From positions 34,426-98,425 of the IMG/VR virus record IMGVR_UViG_3300025122_000008: a stretch of DNA of 64,000 nt. One strand, given 5' to 3'. Positions within the stretch are counted from its first letter, which is position 1, and every line of letters starts with the position of its first letter. The notes beneath the pieces were generated by a model. It ran no database searches, had not been told where the DNA came from, and was given only the letters and a program-made list of their open reading frames with translations. The translations under genes and the position numbers were made by a program. The stretch is from a virus. This document shows, in pieces, positions 1 through 11,000 of the stretch.

Positions 1-1
1 A

Positions 2-1705
2 CTCGGCCGTTCTAATCTCTGGAATGACGGCGACCCGGCTACCGAGCCAGCTGGAGGCCTACCGGGCGCTAGCTCCTCATGGCCGAAGATGGACCTCCCA
101 ACGGGATACACAGACGCGTTCCTTAGTATTCAGCCGGGAGCGGATCCTGATGCAGACGCTACGGGAGTTTATTTGGACAAGCCATCATTTTGGACTGGCC
201 GGAGCCCATTCCCCGGCCCGACTCCGCCGGCGACCGGCGTTTATAATGACGCCATCTCCGCTACTTTGGGTGAGACCACGAACCTTGCCGCGGCAACTCC
301 GGGCATCATTGCGTTCTCTCAATTCGCCCAATTTGACTCCATGAAAGACGACCTAAGGACCCTTATTGTAAATTTGCAACGTACCCCCGCGGAGTTGTTC
401 GAAGGTGTGGGTTGTTATTCTGAAACAGTTGCTTATAAAATAGAGAAGTATAGGGTCCACCCCTCCACAGGAAATCGTACGAACGTTCAGACATTTTATA
501 TCCCCTGTATGCCGAATCCTGCAGATGATAGTTGTAGCTTCAGGTATATTGATACACAAGTAATTTATGGGTTTGAATATGTATATGACATACACCCAAT
601 AAAGATTGTTGTTGGGACAGTGTATGGTTACGCTGACGTAAATGTTTCTACGACAGCCACTAAGGGTAATGGGCGCGCCCTAGGAAACGCATTGGGATTT
701 TATGAAGACCTCGCGGGCCCGGGCGGCATGCCCGGGCCACACAACGCGAACCGTTGGTCGACGTGGATGGATGATTATTTACGTGATAATGAAGACACCT
801 CCGACGCTTCCATGCACCGGGGCTCTTTTGTATTAGCACATCCATCCCTGGACGGCATACTCTGTGGTTTGGGTGAGAATGAAATCCCCTTCACCGAGTC
901 CTACAAGTCCGGAATCAGACTGAACGAGCAGGACGTACAGCCCTTTATCAAAGAACGAGTTTCGCTACAACTCCGGCCCGGCGACGGTGTCGACAAGAAC
1001 GAGGACGGCGGTGCGATTGCCGAGGCCCTAGGCGCCTGGAAGCCCGCGGTGCCGTACGTGATGACCGAGGCCGAGGAGACCTGGTGTATCTTCAACGACG
1101 CTATGGACGTGGATGAAGAGTGCTTCGTTGCCGGTACGAAGGTAGCCGCTATTATCGATGGACAAATTCAACTTGTTAATATTGAAGATCTTCAATCTGG
1201 AGATTTGGTGATGTCTTATAATCTTGTTAGCAGGAGCACAGAAGCAAAATCGATTGTACGAACCAGTTCCCCGATTCACAGTGATATTGTCGAGTTTGGA
1301 TTCTCAAACGGAACCACAACCCAACACACTTATGATCATCCATATTATGTAGAAAATAAGGGCTGGTCTTCATATACACCGGAAAAGACTATCGAAACAT
1401 ATAAAAATCCTGAACTTGAGAATACTTCAAGAATTGAGATTGGAGATCGGTGTAGACTGATTAGTGGAGAACTTGTAACGTTAGTGGCCATAACAGAAGT
1501 GTTTAGCGGCCCAACACAAACCTACAATATTGTGGTTGAGGACAATCACAATTACTTTGCCGATGAAATTTTAGTGCACAACAAGACGGTGGAAGGCACC
1601 CCAGGCCCAGGACCGGGCGATCCGGACGATCCTCCAATGGGCGGTGAACAGGGGCCCGAGGACGACGACACCGACCCCGATGACCAGCGGATGCTTGAGG
1701 ACTAA
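2..1705 (+). CDS. Putative virion structural protein (5'-partial) with a C-proximal Hint domain
   Basis: The frame is open from position 2, so the ATG at 89 is probably internal. FN3-like segment FRYIDTQVIYGFEYVYDI; Hint domain CFVAGT...HPYY...YNIVVEDNHNYFADEILVHN; sits in a cluster of baseplate-like genes. Confidence 0.6.
   Translation, partial: LGRSNLWNDGDPATEPAGGLPGASSSWPKMDLPTGYTDAFLSIQPGADPDADATGVYLDKPSFWTGRSPFPGPTPPATGVYNDAISATLGETTNLAAATPGIIAFSQFAQFDSMKDDLRTLIVNLQRTPAELFEGVGCYSETVAYKIEKYRVHPSTGNRTNVQTFYIPCMPNPADDSCSFRYIDTQVIYGFEYVYDIHPIKIVVGTVYGYADVNVSTTATKGNGRALGNALGFYEDLAGPGGMPGPHNANRWSTWMDDYLRDNEDTSDASMHRGSFVLAHPSLDGILCGLGENEIPFTESYKSGIRLNEQDVQPFIKERVSLQLRPGDGVDKNEDGGAIAEALGAWKPAVPYVMTEAEETWCIFNDAMDVDEECFVAGTKVAAIIDGQIQLVNIEDLQSGDLVMSYNLVSRSTEAKSIVRTSSPIHSDIVEFGFSNGTTTQHTYDHPYYVENKGWSSYTPEKTIETYKNPELENTSRIEIGDRCRLISGELVTLVAITEVFSGPTQTYNIVVEDNHNYFADEILVHNKTVEGTPGPGPGDPDDPPMGGEQGPEDDDTDPDDQRMLED
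1121..1582 (+). other. Hint (intein-like, BIL/PT-HINT type) autoprocessing domain without homing endonuclease
   Basis: Starts at Cys (TGC 1121, CFVAGTKV), block B TYDHPYY, block F/G TYNIVVEDNHNYFADEILVHN ending 1582; +1 residue is Lys; about 154 aa. Confidence 0.9.
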
Positions 1706-1746
1706 GAGGTATCGATAATGATTATTATAAATAGGAGAAATAAATA

Positions 1747-3069
1747 ATGGATCCACACCATGCCTACCGCGAGCCCGGAAATTTAGGGTGGTGGCTCGAC
1801 ATTACAGAGACGGGGCTAAATGGTGCAGTCGCGAATCGATTTTCTGTACCATTGCCGTTTGACAAGGGCCAAATCACCCTGTGGAACTTCGAGGACGAGA
1901 TGAATTATGTTCTGCAGAATTTTCTTCCTGATCTTGAAGTAACCGAGCGCTCGTATAGTTACTCCCTGGTGCCGAAAAGGCTCCATGCCGGCACATCCGC
2001 TCAAGACACGCGCATGTTAATTCTACATTATATCAGGTGCACCGCGGCCGACCCCGAGGACCCCGAGGACGACGACACATACAAGAAATTTAGTGTTAAA
2101 TTTATTAATGGTCCTCATGGTCTAAACGGGGTCAACGAGATGGAATGGGATCCTAGCTTGATCCCCGATGTTGGCGCGCCGCTAGTAGATATCCCAGACG
2201 AGTACTATGTTACCTCAAAAATGAAAATGTATGCTCGAACTAACGTTGGTGCGTTTTCACCATTTTACAGTACATCTGTCATGGTACAGGATAAACCACC
2301 GATGTCTCCTGACGCTGAATTTGTTCCCTATAGAAATATTAACAATAGGATGCTTATTATATTGAGCGGCCAAACCGGAGTCAAAGAAGAGGTGCCAGTT
2401 CTTATTTTGGATGCCGATAATCAAAAATTTAATAATGTGTATATATCACAAGGCAAAAGTGCAAATGATTTTACCCAGACAATGGAATTTTCAAGCGATG
2501 ACCCTGTCTATACGTATCAATTGTTTAGAACGACGGTGCCACCAACCACATACTCAGATTTTAGTGAAAACTTGTTGTCTGAATATACAGAATTTGCCGG
2601 CGACGAAACACCAGCTACATTGGCAACCTATGTGGATCATATTCTGCCGAATACAAAATATTATTATTGCTTTAGATCTGTGGATATACATGGTAATATA
2701 TCTAATCCAACTGCAATATATCAGGTGGAGATGATTGATAACAATGGGCAGATATATCCAGATATTCGTTTGTATGGTGGTTGCGCAGATATTAATCAAA
2801 AAGATTTAGCAAAACCTGGAAGACGATTTATTTATATTGCACCCTCGACGAGTCAAACTAACCTGGAAGGAGATACCGACATCAACCTGCCGTTGGGCAA
2901 CTCGCTGCCACTAAACCCATTGGTGGCACCTAGTAATAATATTCTTGGTACTCCCGGAGAAGACCCGGTATGGGATAAAATCTTCAAGATTAGATTGACT
3001 AGTAAAAAAACGGGTCGAAAGACGGATCTTAATTTGATCTTTAAAAATACAGGGGTAATAGATCCTTAG
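1747..3069 (+). CDS. Putative virion structural protein with FN3-like C-terminal domain
   Basis: SD AGGAG upstream; FN3-like signature YVDHILPNTKYYYCFRSVDIHGNISNPT; structural gene context. Confidence 0.55.
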   Translation: MDPHHAYREPGNLGWWLDITETGLNGAVANRFSVPLPFDKGQITLWNFEDEMNYVLQNFLPDLEVTERSYSYSLVPKRLHAGTSAQDTRMLILHYIRCTAADPEDPEDDDTYKKFSVKFINGPHGLNGVNEMEWDPSLIPDVGAPLVDIPDEYYVTSKMKMYARTNVGAFSPFYSTSVMVQDKPPMSPDAEFVPYRNINNRMLIILSGQTGVKEEVPVLILDADNQKFNNVYISQGKSANDFTQTMEFSSDDPVYTYQLFRTTVPPTTYSDFSENLLSEYTEFAGDETPATLATYVDHILPNTKYYYCFRSVDIHGNISNPTAIYQVEMIDNNGQIYPDIRLYGGCADINQKDLAKPGRRFIYIAPSTSQTNLEGDTDINLPLGNSLPLNPLVAPSNNILGTPGEDPVWDKIFKIRLTSKKTGRKTDLNLIFKNTGVIDP

Positions 3070-3088
3070 GGAAACTTATCGATTTTAT

Positions 3089-3099
3089 TACTATTTATA
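3089..3099 (+). promoter_or_regulatory. Putative late promoter box (TACTATTTATA)
   Basis: Same CTA(T/A)TTA core recurs upstream of many structural genes; followed by SD GAGGA. Confidence 0.6.
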
Positions 3100-3115
3100 G
3101 AAAGAGGAAACTTTT

Positions 3116-4057
3116 ATGGGATTTTTAGACAATTCGGGAGATATTATTTTAGATGCCGTTTTAACGGACGAGGGCAGAAAACGATTAGCAAAGGGGGATT
3201 GTAGTTTCAATATTTCTAAGTTTGCTCTCGGAGATGATGAAATTAATTATACACTATACAATAAGAACCACCCTAGCGGTTCTCAATATTATGATTTGGA
3301 GATCCTTCAGACTCCAGTACTTGAGGCATTTACCAACAACACCTCTACTATGAATTCTAGACTTGTTTCAATACCCAGAAATAATGTTTATTATCTTCCC
3401 ATAATGAAATTGTATAATCGTTCCAATTTTTCGCAACATGCTAATGGAAGTTATAATGTTTTGGTTGATATGGCCACGGTTGATTATGCAAAAGAAAGCA
3501 ATAGCGTTAAATATGCTGGCCAATTGGGTTCTGGTCTTCTAAACGGATATCAGCCGGGCGCAACGGAGAATGCAGTTGCGATTGATCAAGGAATAGACAA
3601 TGCCCTTCACCCCCGAACGGTGGCCATACCAAATGATTTAAGAGAGACCGCTTTTATAGTTCAAATGGATAATCGGTTAATTTCGTTGGTTTCGGCAGCT
3701 AGCGCGAACCAACAGACCTATTCTTTTATCGATGATGACCAAATAGCAATGTATTATGTACAATCGCCTAGCGATCTTATAGGATTTTTAGGAACGGATG
3801 CAACCACTGATTCAACAATATTGGGCTCCCGGGGAGCAAGATTTTCATTTAGACTTAAGGCCAGCAACGAAGTAGCCAGCTCTTATAGTCTGTTCGAGAG
3901 AATCGGAAGACAAACCGCTTCTGGTGCCAATATCGCAAACGCCGATGGGACCGCCATAACTCAGTATTGGTCAATAGATACTAATGTGCGCATCACCGGG
4001 ATTACCACTGGGTATCGTATAGATATTCCCGTTAAACTAGTTAAGTATTATACTTAG
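3116..4057 (+). CDS. Putative baseplate/virion structural protein
   Basis: N-terminus DAVLTDEGRKRLAKG...ISKFALGD resembles tail-collar/baseplate-wedge N-termini (LTxxGxxxLA...ITxxAxGD); late box upstream. Confidence 0.55.
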   Translation: MGFLDNSGDIILDAVLTDEGRKRLAKGDCSFNISKFALGDDEINYTLYNKNHPSGSQYYDLEILQTPVLEAFTNNTSTMNSRLVSIPRNNVYYLPIMKLYNRSNFSQHANGSYNVLVDMATVDYAKESNSVKYAGQLGSGLLNGYQPGATENAVAIDQGIDNALHPRTVAIPNDLRETAFIVQMDNRLISLVSAASANQQTYSFIDDDQIAMYYVQSPSDLIGFLGTDATTDSTILGSRGARFSFRLKASNEVASSYSLFERIGRQTASGANIANADGTAITQYWSIDTNVRITGITTGYRIDIPVKLVKYYT

Positions 4058-4070
4058 GAAGGAATAGAAA

Positions 4071-5150
4071 ATGACTACGACTACATTTAAAGAATTGGGC
4101 CCGGGCGATATTGTTTCTAGCCGCACCCTACTACACGAGAGTGTTCCCCTCACCGGCACGATCATGTCAGGGACGTATACAGACTCAGCAGGTACCGAAT
4201 ACAATGTTAAGACATTTGCGCATGGAATGTTTCAATCTATGTACGATTATCCCTATCTAAGTTCATCTGCAAATCATGTTGTAGATTTAACGGTGGGATA
4301 CTCAAGTCAAGCTGGATCTTTAACCCTTTCTTCCTCTACAAATGTTCAAAATTCAAAGAAGTGCAACATATACAACCAGATGGCGCAAGTTTTAGTAGGG
4401 CACGATATAACAGGGGGAATTAGAAGATTTGATCAAGATGGCCTGTTAGAATCTGGTGTAAAGATTGATAATGCGTTCTTTGTCAATTTCACGCGACTTT
4501 TATCAAAAGATGAGATTAAAAAAGGCTCTTTCCAGATGACAGTTTATACTGGCAGCGTTGTGAATGCTCCAACTGGAGGTTTGACGCTTTATGATGCATC
4601 GGTCGACAGATACCTGGTTAATTCACCCGCAGGCGAATACACCTTACTACACACCTCTTCTGATGGAGGCGCCAATAGCGATGATGTTCCGGTCGGACTT
4701 CTCTATTATCAGGCTGGAATTGCGGTTTTAACCTCCAGCATATTTACTTTTGAAGAAAGTCAGGGTGAAAGCGCGAAATATTTTGGAGACGTCTTGTCTT
4801 CTTCGTGGAGCGTAAGCGGCTCCTTCACTGGTTCCTCCATTGATAACGCATGCGACGGATTTAGAAACAGATTAAAGAACATACAGTTTAACAACACCAC
4901 CGAATTGAACTCTACAATTTACTTCTGCAGGGTACACCACAACGAGTTTAACTATAGCTCTAATCCCACATATTTAAGTGCTAGCACCATTAGGGTTAAG
5001 AATGTGGCAGGAGATATTCCAATATCATATATTACTACGGTTGGGCTGTATTCTGCCGACAACGAGTTGATGGCAACAGCTAAGCTATCTGAGCCCTTAA
5101 GAAAAGATTCTAACAACGAATTTACTTTGCGTGTTAGATTGGATTATTAA
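4071..5150 (+). CDS. Putative baseplate wedge/fibre-attachment protein
   Basis: C-terminal ITTVGLYSADNELMATAKLSEPLRK...FTLRVRLDY resembles the tail-collar (DUF3751-like) I-x-E/T-x-GL motif; Ser/Thr/Gly-rich. Confidence 0.55.
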   Translation: MTTTTFKELGPGDIVSSRTLLHESVPLTGTIMSGTYTDSAGTEYNVKTFAHGMFQSMYDYPYLSSSANHVVDLTVGYSSQAGSLTLSSSTNVQNSKKCNIYNQMAQVLVGHDITGGIRRFDQDGLLESGVKIDNAFFVNFTRLLSKDEIKKGSFQMTVYTGSVVNAPTGGLTLYDASVDRYLVNSPAGEYTLLHTSSDGGANSDDVPVGLLYYQAGIAVLTSSIFTFEESQGESAKYFGDVLSSSWSVSGSFTGSSIDNACDGFRNRLKNIQFNNTTELNSTIYFCRVHHNEFNYSSNPTYLSASTIRVKNVAGDIPISYITTVGLYSADNELMATAKLSEPLRKDSNNEFTLRVRLDY

Positions 5151-5158
5151 GGAATGAG

Positions 5159-6595
5159 ATGCCATTTTATAAGTTTGACCCAACAGATAAATTTATAAAC
5201 ACCGTTGTAACCTACCCCTCCGTAGAATTTGTAATATACGATCAGGCGGTACATTATAATAAAGAGATTGCCGTGTCGGGCGCCCGGGCACCATCTGTAC
5301 GACATGTACCAGCCGGCAATATAAGTCTTTACGAATACAATATCGATCGAGAGACGGGAAGTTATGGGGAGTTCCTGGCTTCGAATGGTGTGGTTAATAC
5401 CGGATTGGTGCAGCCATGGTCAGTAAAAGATGGCACTAGAATTTCTTTTAAAACAGTAAGCATAACGGGATACAATGGCCTACAGCCGGGAGACGTTGTA
5501 AGCGGCTCTTATCCAATGTCGGCTACGATAAGTAAAGAATATTACCCAACAAGCTTTGCTAGAAAAAATGCGGCTGTAATTTTTGACGCCCCAACCTGGG
5601 GGGCGTCAGTCATAGGCTTTGCCGATTCTGGTTCTCAAAACAATAACCCATCCTCGATAACTGGTGCGTATCATGTTGATAGTAACGATAATGGCATTAG
5701 ATCTGTTGCTAACGTATCACATCTTTTTGCTCTTCGCAATACAATGGAAAGATATCGACACGTAAGTCCTCATTATACTGTTTCTTCTTCTGTTGTCGGA
5801 GGTGGTAGGGACTTGACAGCTTCATCGGGCGATGTCGATCCCGACGGCAACGTCATCGCGCGCCCAAGTCCAGACCCAGCGCCCCCCATTAATGTGGGCT
5901 TAGTATCTGTTCCTTCCATTTTTTATGGATCAGGCATCAAAAAAGGATCAGTAAAACTACAGTTTTATATTACGGGCGCACTACATGGCACTCTAGAGGA
6001 TTCTGATAGAAACGGGGAACTAATACAGACCGGCCCAACTGGAAGCCCATATTCTGGTAGTGTTGCTGGCGTTGTACTTTACAACGAGGGCATTATGGTA
6101 CTAACGGGTGGTTGGGATTTATCTGACGGTGCACATAGTGAGAAGTACTGGACCACGACAGCCGGCGTCGACACCGCCGCGGCTCCTTCGTGGGCACTCT
6201 TCGGTCAATCTCTTTCTGGTACCATTACGGCGCCCTCATCCTCCTTCACCATGTATTTTTCTGGCACAACCAAAACCCAGACCTTGACGATGTTTGCAAA
6301 CGCCAATAAAGGAGAATTAAATCATTCTAACAACCCCACCAATATACGATATGGAAATATGCGATCTGGTTCGGTGGGATATTTTGGATATACACAATCA
6401 GACAAACAAATAATTAAAAATATTGTCAGTTCATCGTATAATGATCCTACTGGAAGTTTTAAAAAGACGACCTATATTTCTAAAATGGGCATATACGATT
6501 ATAATAAAAATCTTATTGCAATTGCCAAGGTTGCAACTCCGGTTAAAAAAACGGAAGAAAGAGACTTTACTTTTAAATTAAAGTTAGATATTTAA
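5159..6595 (+). CDS. Putative baseplate wedge/fibre-attachment protein, paralogue of 4071-5150
   Basis: Shares IKKGS, G-x-x-x-Y-x-x-GI-x-VLT, E-x-N-x-S-x-NPT and YIxxxGxY...AK...PxxK...FT.x.xLD motifs with the preceding gene. Confidence 0.55.
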   Translation: MPFYKFDPTDKFINTVVTYPSVEFVIYDQAVHYNKEIAVSGARAPSVRHVPAGNISLYEYNIDRETGSYGEFLASNGVVNTGLVQPWSVKDGTRISFKTVSITGYNGLQPGDVVSGSYPMSATISKEYYPTSFARKNAAVIFDAPTWGASVIGFADSGSQNNNPSSITGAYHVDSNDNGIRSVANVSHLFALRNTMERYRHVSPHYTVSSSVVGGGRDLTASSGDVDPDGNVIARPSPDPAPPINVGLVSVPSIFYGSGIKKGSVKLQFYITGALHGTLEDSDRNGELIQTGPTGSPYSGSVAGVVLYNEGIMVLTGGWDLSDGAHSEKYWTTTAGVDTAAAPSWALFGQSLSGTITAPSSSFTMYFSGTTKTQTLTMFANANKGELNHSNNPTNIRYGNMRSGSVGYFGYTQSDKQIIKNIVSSSYNDPTGSFKKTTYISKMGIYDYNKNLIAIAKVATPVKKTEERDFTFKLKLDI

Positions 6596-7128
6596 TGATT
6601 ATTGGTTTTGATATTAGTACTAGTATTATAGGCATATCCTGTATTGACAAAGAGGGGCGAATAGTATTTTGCGATCATTGCGATTTGCGAAAACATCAAG
6701 GATTGTTTGCGAAAGCAGATGTTTTTAAAAAATTTTTAGACGACCATAGATATTTACAGGCAGTAGTACGAGAGGCGTGGATAGAACAGCCGTTTACTTT
6801 TTTTAGGAGCGGAGGCTCTAGTGCTAAAACAATGGCTATCTTACAAAAGTTTAATGGAATGGCATCTTTGCTTATTCGAGATACTTTTGGAATGGAACCA
6901 CAATACGTGGGTGCCTCTCGCGCAAGAAAATTAAATAATATAAAGATTCCAAGAGGAACAAAAGCAAAAGAAAAAGTATTAAATTATATCCTTGACACGG
7001 TAGATGGTTTTCATGTAGAATATACTAAGCATGGGAATCCGAAACCGGGCTATGGCGATAGAGCCGATAGTTTAGTGGTGGCCCGTGCTGGATTGAGTTT
7101 ATGGAATCAGAAAAATTTAGAATCTTAA
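6595..7128 (+). CDS. RuvC-like Holliday junction resolvase
   Basis: IIGFDISTSIIG (catalytic D), WIEQPF (E), DRADSLVVA (DxxD). Confidence 0.8.
   Translation: MIIGFDISTSIIGISCIDKEGRIVFCDHCDLRKHQGLFAKADVFKKFLDDHRYLQAVVREAWIEQPFTFFRSGGSSAKTMAILQKFNGMASLLIRDTFGMEPQYVGASRARKLNNIKIPRGTKAKEKVLNYILDTVDGFHVEYTKHGNPKPGYGDRADSLVVARAGLSLWNQKNLES
6992..7021 (+). promoter_or_regulatory. sigma70-type promoter upstream of primase
   Basis: TTGACA (6992-6997), 18 nt spacer, TAGAAT (7016-7021). Confidence 0.5.
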
Positions 7129-8027
7129 AGAGTGTTTTAGGTTCAAATCGCAGATCAAATCAAGAATATCTTTTTTATTGTCCCTATTGTGAACACCACA
7201 AGCCTAAATTATCCGTTAATCTAGAAAAGAACGTTTATAAATGCTGGGTTTGTGACACGAAGGGTCGTAATTTATACCACATAATACGTAAATTTGGAGA
7301 GTATAAACATAAACAAGAGTGGTTACAGCTTGAATCAGAAATAGATTATGTCGATCTTGAAGATTTTTTTACAAAGGCCAAAAAGATAGAACAAGTAATT
7401 TCTTTACCAAATGAATATATTTCGTTGGCAAATAGTAATCTTGCCGCAACAGGATTTATGGCGAGGAAGTATTTAAAAGAGAGAGGTATAACAAAACGGG
7501 ATATTATTTGGTGGAAAATGGGATATTGCCCTTCCGGCGAATATGAAAATAGAATTATCATTCCCTCGTTTAATGAAAATGGAGAAGTTAATTATTTTGT
7601 ATCAAGGTCATATGATAACAGTTATCCGAAATATAAAAATCCTCCCGTCAATCGAGATGTTGTCTTTAATGATCTTTTTATTGACTGGACCACAGATGTA
7701 ATTTTGGTGGAGGGTATATTTGATGCAATTGTGGCAGGCCGCAATAGTGTTCCTTTGTTGGGTTCTACTCTGCGGGTGGATTCTAGTCTCTTCCGAAAAA
7801 TTGTCCAGAAAGACGCCTCCGTCTACATTGCCCTCGACCCAGACGCCGAAAAAAAAGCACTAGAAATTATTAAAAACTTCTTGACATATGATGTCGAGTT
7901 GTATAAGATAGACTTATATCCCTATAAAGATTTGGGAGAGATGCCAAGAGAAGAGTTTAGGACGCGCAAAGCCTCCGCAGTAAGAATGAATTTCGATAAT
8001 CTTCTTCAACAATCTATATTGGCCTAA
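7101..8027 (+). CDS. DNA primase (DnaG/gp61-like)
   Basis: Zn finger CPYC...CWVC, YLKERGI, RIIIP, KYKNP, TOPRIM LVEGIFDA and ALDPD. Confidence 0.9.
   Translation: MESEKFRILKSVLGSNRRSNQEYLFYCPYCEHHKPKLSVNLEKNVYKCWVCDTKGRNLYHIIRKFGEYKHKQEWLQLESEIDYVDLEDFFTKAKKIEQVISLPNEYISLANSNLAATGFMARKYLKERGITKRDIIWWKMGYCPSGEYENRIIIPSFNENGEVNYFVSRSYDNSYPKYKNPPVNRDVVFNDLFIDWTTDVILVEGIFDAIVAGRNSVPLLGSTLRVDSSLFRKIVQKDASVYIALDPDAEKKALEIIKNFLTYDVELYKIDLYPYKDLGEMPREEFRTRKASAVRMNFDNLLQQSILA
7881..7909 (+). promoter_or_regulatory. sigma70-type promoter upstream of the Mre11-Rad50 fusion
   Basis: TTGACA (7881-7886), 17 nt spacer, TAAGAT (7904-7909). Confidence 0.5.
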
Positions 8028-8039
8028 AGGAAAACCTAT

Positions 8040-11000
8040 ATGTATAAAATTGCACACTGTGCAGACGTTCATATTAAAAATTTAAAATATCATTTCGAAT
8101 ATAGAAAAATATTCGATCAAATGTATGAATCATTAAGAGAAGAAGAAGTAGACTTCATTTATGTTGGAGGCGACATTGCACACACAAAGACACAAATATC
8201 CCCAGAATTTGTTGAGATGTGTTCAAAATTTTTATCATCTTTGGCGGATATTGCGCCAACCTATGTGATACTGGGGAATCACGATGGTAATTTACGAAAT
8301 TCTTCTAGACAGGATGCGATTACTCCAATCGTCGATGCACTACAACATCCGAGACTACACCTTCTGAAAAATTCCGGTGAGGTTTTGTTGGCACCCGATC
8401 TTTCTATGAACGTTCTTTCTGTTTTCGATGAAGAAAATTGGGTAAAGCCATCCGATCCGAATAAAATTAATATAGCCGTATACCACGGTTCAATTGCCGG
8501 CGTACAGACAGACATTGGTTGGATAATGGATCATGGTGATCACGATGTTTCTATTTTTGAAGATCATGATTATGCCATGCTTGGTGACATACACAAAACA
8601 AATCAAATATTAGACACTGAGGGGAAGGTGCGCTATAGCGGTTCTATAGTACAACAGAACCATGGCGAGACTAATGATAAAGGTTTCTTGATTTGGGAAA
8701 TTGTTGATAAAGACGACTTTACTGTGAAGCACATAAAGTTGCTTAATCCAAAGCCCTTTGTTACTATTGAATTAACTCCCAAGGGCAGAATGCCGCGCGG
8801 ATTAACGATTCCCGCGGGGGCACGAATTAGGCTTGTTAGTAACAACAACCTTCCCTTGAATGTTATGAAAAAGGCGGTTTCGGTTGCAAAACATAGGTTC
8901 AATCCAGAAAGCATCACCTTTCTCAATAGGGCGGCCGGCCAACGTGGTAGCATCGATGTCAGTGGAAATGGATTTTTTAAAGAAAATCTTAGAGACATCT
9001 CGGTGCAAGAGAGACTGATGAAAGAATATCTTAGCGATTTCGAAGCCTCTACGGAGATGATGGAACGCGTTAATCATTTAAATAAAAAATACAACTCGTT
9101 GGTTGAAGCCGAGGAAGATGTTGCAAGAAATATCAACTGGAAACTAAACAGCTTTGAGTGGGATAATTTGTTTAACTATGGCGAAGACAATAAAATTAAT
9201 TTTGAAAAATTGAGCGGCATAGTTGGGATCTTTGGAAAAAATTATTCAGGTAAATCTAGTATTATTGATGGGCTACTTTATTCAATATTTAACACTACAT
9301 CTAAAAACGAAAGAAAAAATTTAAATGTAATAAACCAACATAAGGCCGCATGTAGTACCAAAGTGGAACTTCAAATAGGAGACAAAATTTATACTATCAA
9401 TAGGCGGTCCGAAAAATATGTCAAGAAACTAAAGGGTGAGGTTACTGACGAGGCACGCACTGATTTGGATTTTGATTATTATGATCCGGTTCTAGATGAA
9501 AGTCATAGTCTTAACGATACCAGCAGAATAAAAACTGATGCCGCTATCCGTAAACATTTTGGTACGATAGAAGATTTTCTTTTAACATCGATGGCATCAC
9601 AATTAGATTCCCTTTCTTTTATTAAGGAGGGCTCCACCCGTCGAAAAGAAATTTTAGCAAAATTTTTGGATTTAGAGGTTTTTGAAAAGAAATATAAATT
9701 TGCTAAAGAAGATAGTGCCGATCTTAAGGGTGTGTTGCGCAGGGTAGGTGACCGGAATTTCGAAGAAGAAATCGCTGAAGTCGCTAGAGATATAAAAAAG
9801 ACCAATAGTCAATTATCCGAACAGGAAGATAAGTGCGAAAATATACAAGAAGAAATTAAGGAAAAAGAGAGACAGCTAGAAGAAATAGAGAAATTATTGG
9901 ACCTGATTCCCGTGGATGCGGTTAATATTATTGAGGTTGAACAAAAAAGGCTAGATCTTAATTCAAAACTAGGAGCGCTCACGGAAGAAAATGAACAGCG
10001 CACCAAAGAAATACAGGAGCTGAGGACTCTGGTTCGGAATGTGAATGAGTTTATCAATGAATTTGATATTGATGAGTTGAATAAAAAATATGAGTTAATA
10101 GTTTTAAAGCAAGAAAAGTTAGATGCGATTGTCAACGAGGCCAAGTTTTTGCAAAAAGATTTTAATATTAAAAACCTTAAGCTTAGGTTATTGGACGAGG
10201 TACCATGCGGAGATGAATATTCACAATGTAAGTTTATTCGAGACGCCCACAAGGCAAAAAGAGAAGTGGCTCCCCTGCAGGCTAAAATAGTAGAAAATAT
10301 TGAATGTGCCAAAGAATTCAAGATCGATCTTGGCAATCTAAATCCGAAAGAGGTATCACAAAATAGGCTTAAGCATGGTACTCTAATTGATCAGCGTTCT
10401 GTTGCAGAAAATAAAATTAAGGATTTAGAATTATTGTATGCGCGCACCAAGAATAAAATTATATCTTTTATGAGTGATATAACATCTCTTCAAAGTAAAA
10501 TAGAAAAGTATGAAGACTATTCCGAGAGCATCGAAAATTTTGAGTGTCTAACTGCACAACGGCAAGATATTTTGGAGGCTGTTGGTTCATTGGCCACAGA
10601 GAATAAAAACTGTCAAGGCATGGTTTTAGAATATTATAAGCTCAAAGGCTCATATGAACAAAAGGTTAGCAATCTAATAGAACAACAAAAAGAATTTAAA
10701 GATATTCAACAAGAATATGCTGCTTATGATTTATATATGAGATGCATGCATTCAAATGGTATTGCTTATGATATTATAAAAAAACAGCTGCCATTTATTA
10801 ATGAAGAGGTTGCAAAGGTATTAGCAAATATAGTAAATTTTGAGATTTTTTTTGAAGATGATGGCAAGCGCCTCAACATATTTATTAAACACCCCAAACA
10901 CGAACCCCGCCCCCTAGAGATGGGTTCTGGAGCAGAAAAGACCATAGCAGCTATGGCCATTAGACTGGCCTTGTTGAGCGTTTCTAATTTGCCAAAGGGG

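Noticed and set aside
1121-1582. Canonical splicing intein or homing element
   Set aside because: No endonuclease domain, and the +1 residue is Lys rather than Cys/Ser/Thr, so it is treated as a BIL-type Hint domain.
1726-1733. T4-type late promoter TATAAATA before 1747
   Set aside because: Single occurrence noticed, directly abutting the SD in AT-rich DNA; the recurrent box elsewhere is CTA(T/A)TTA.
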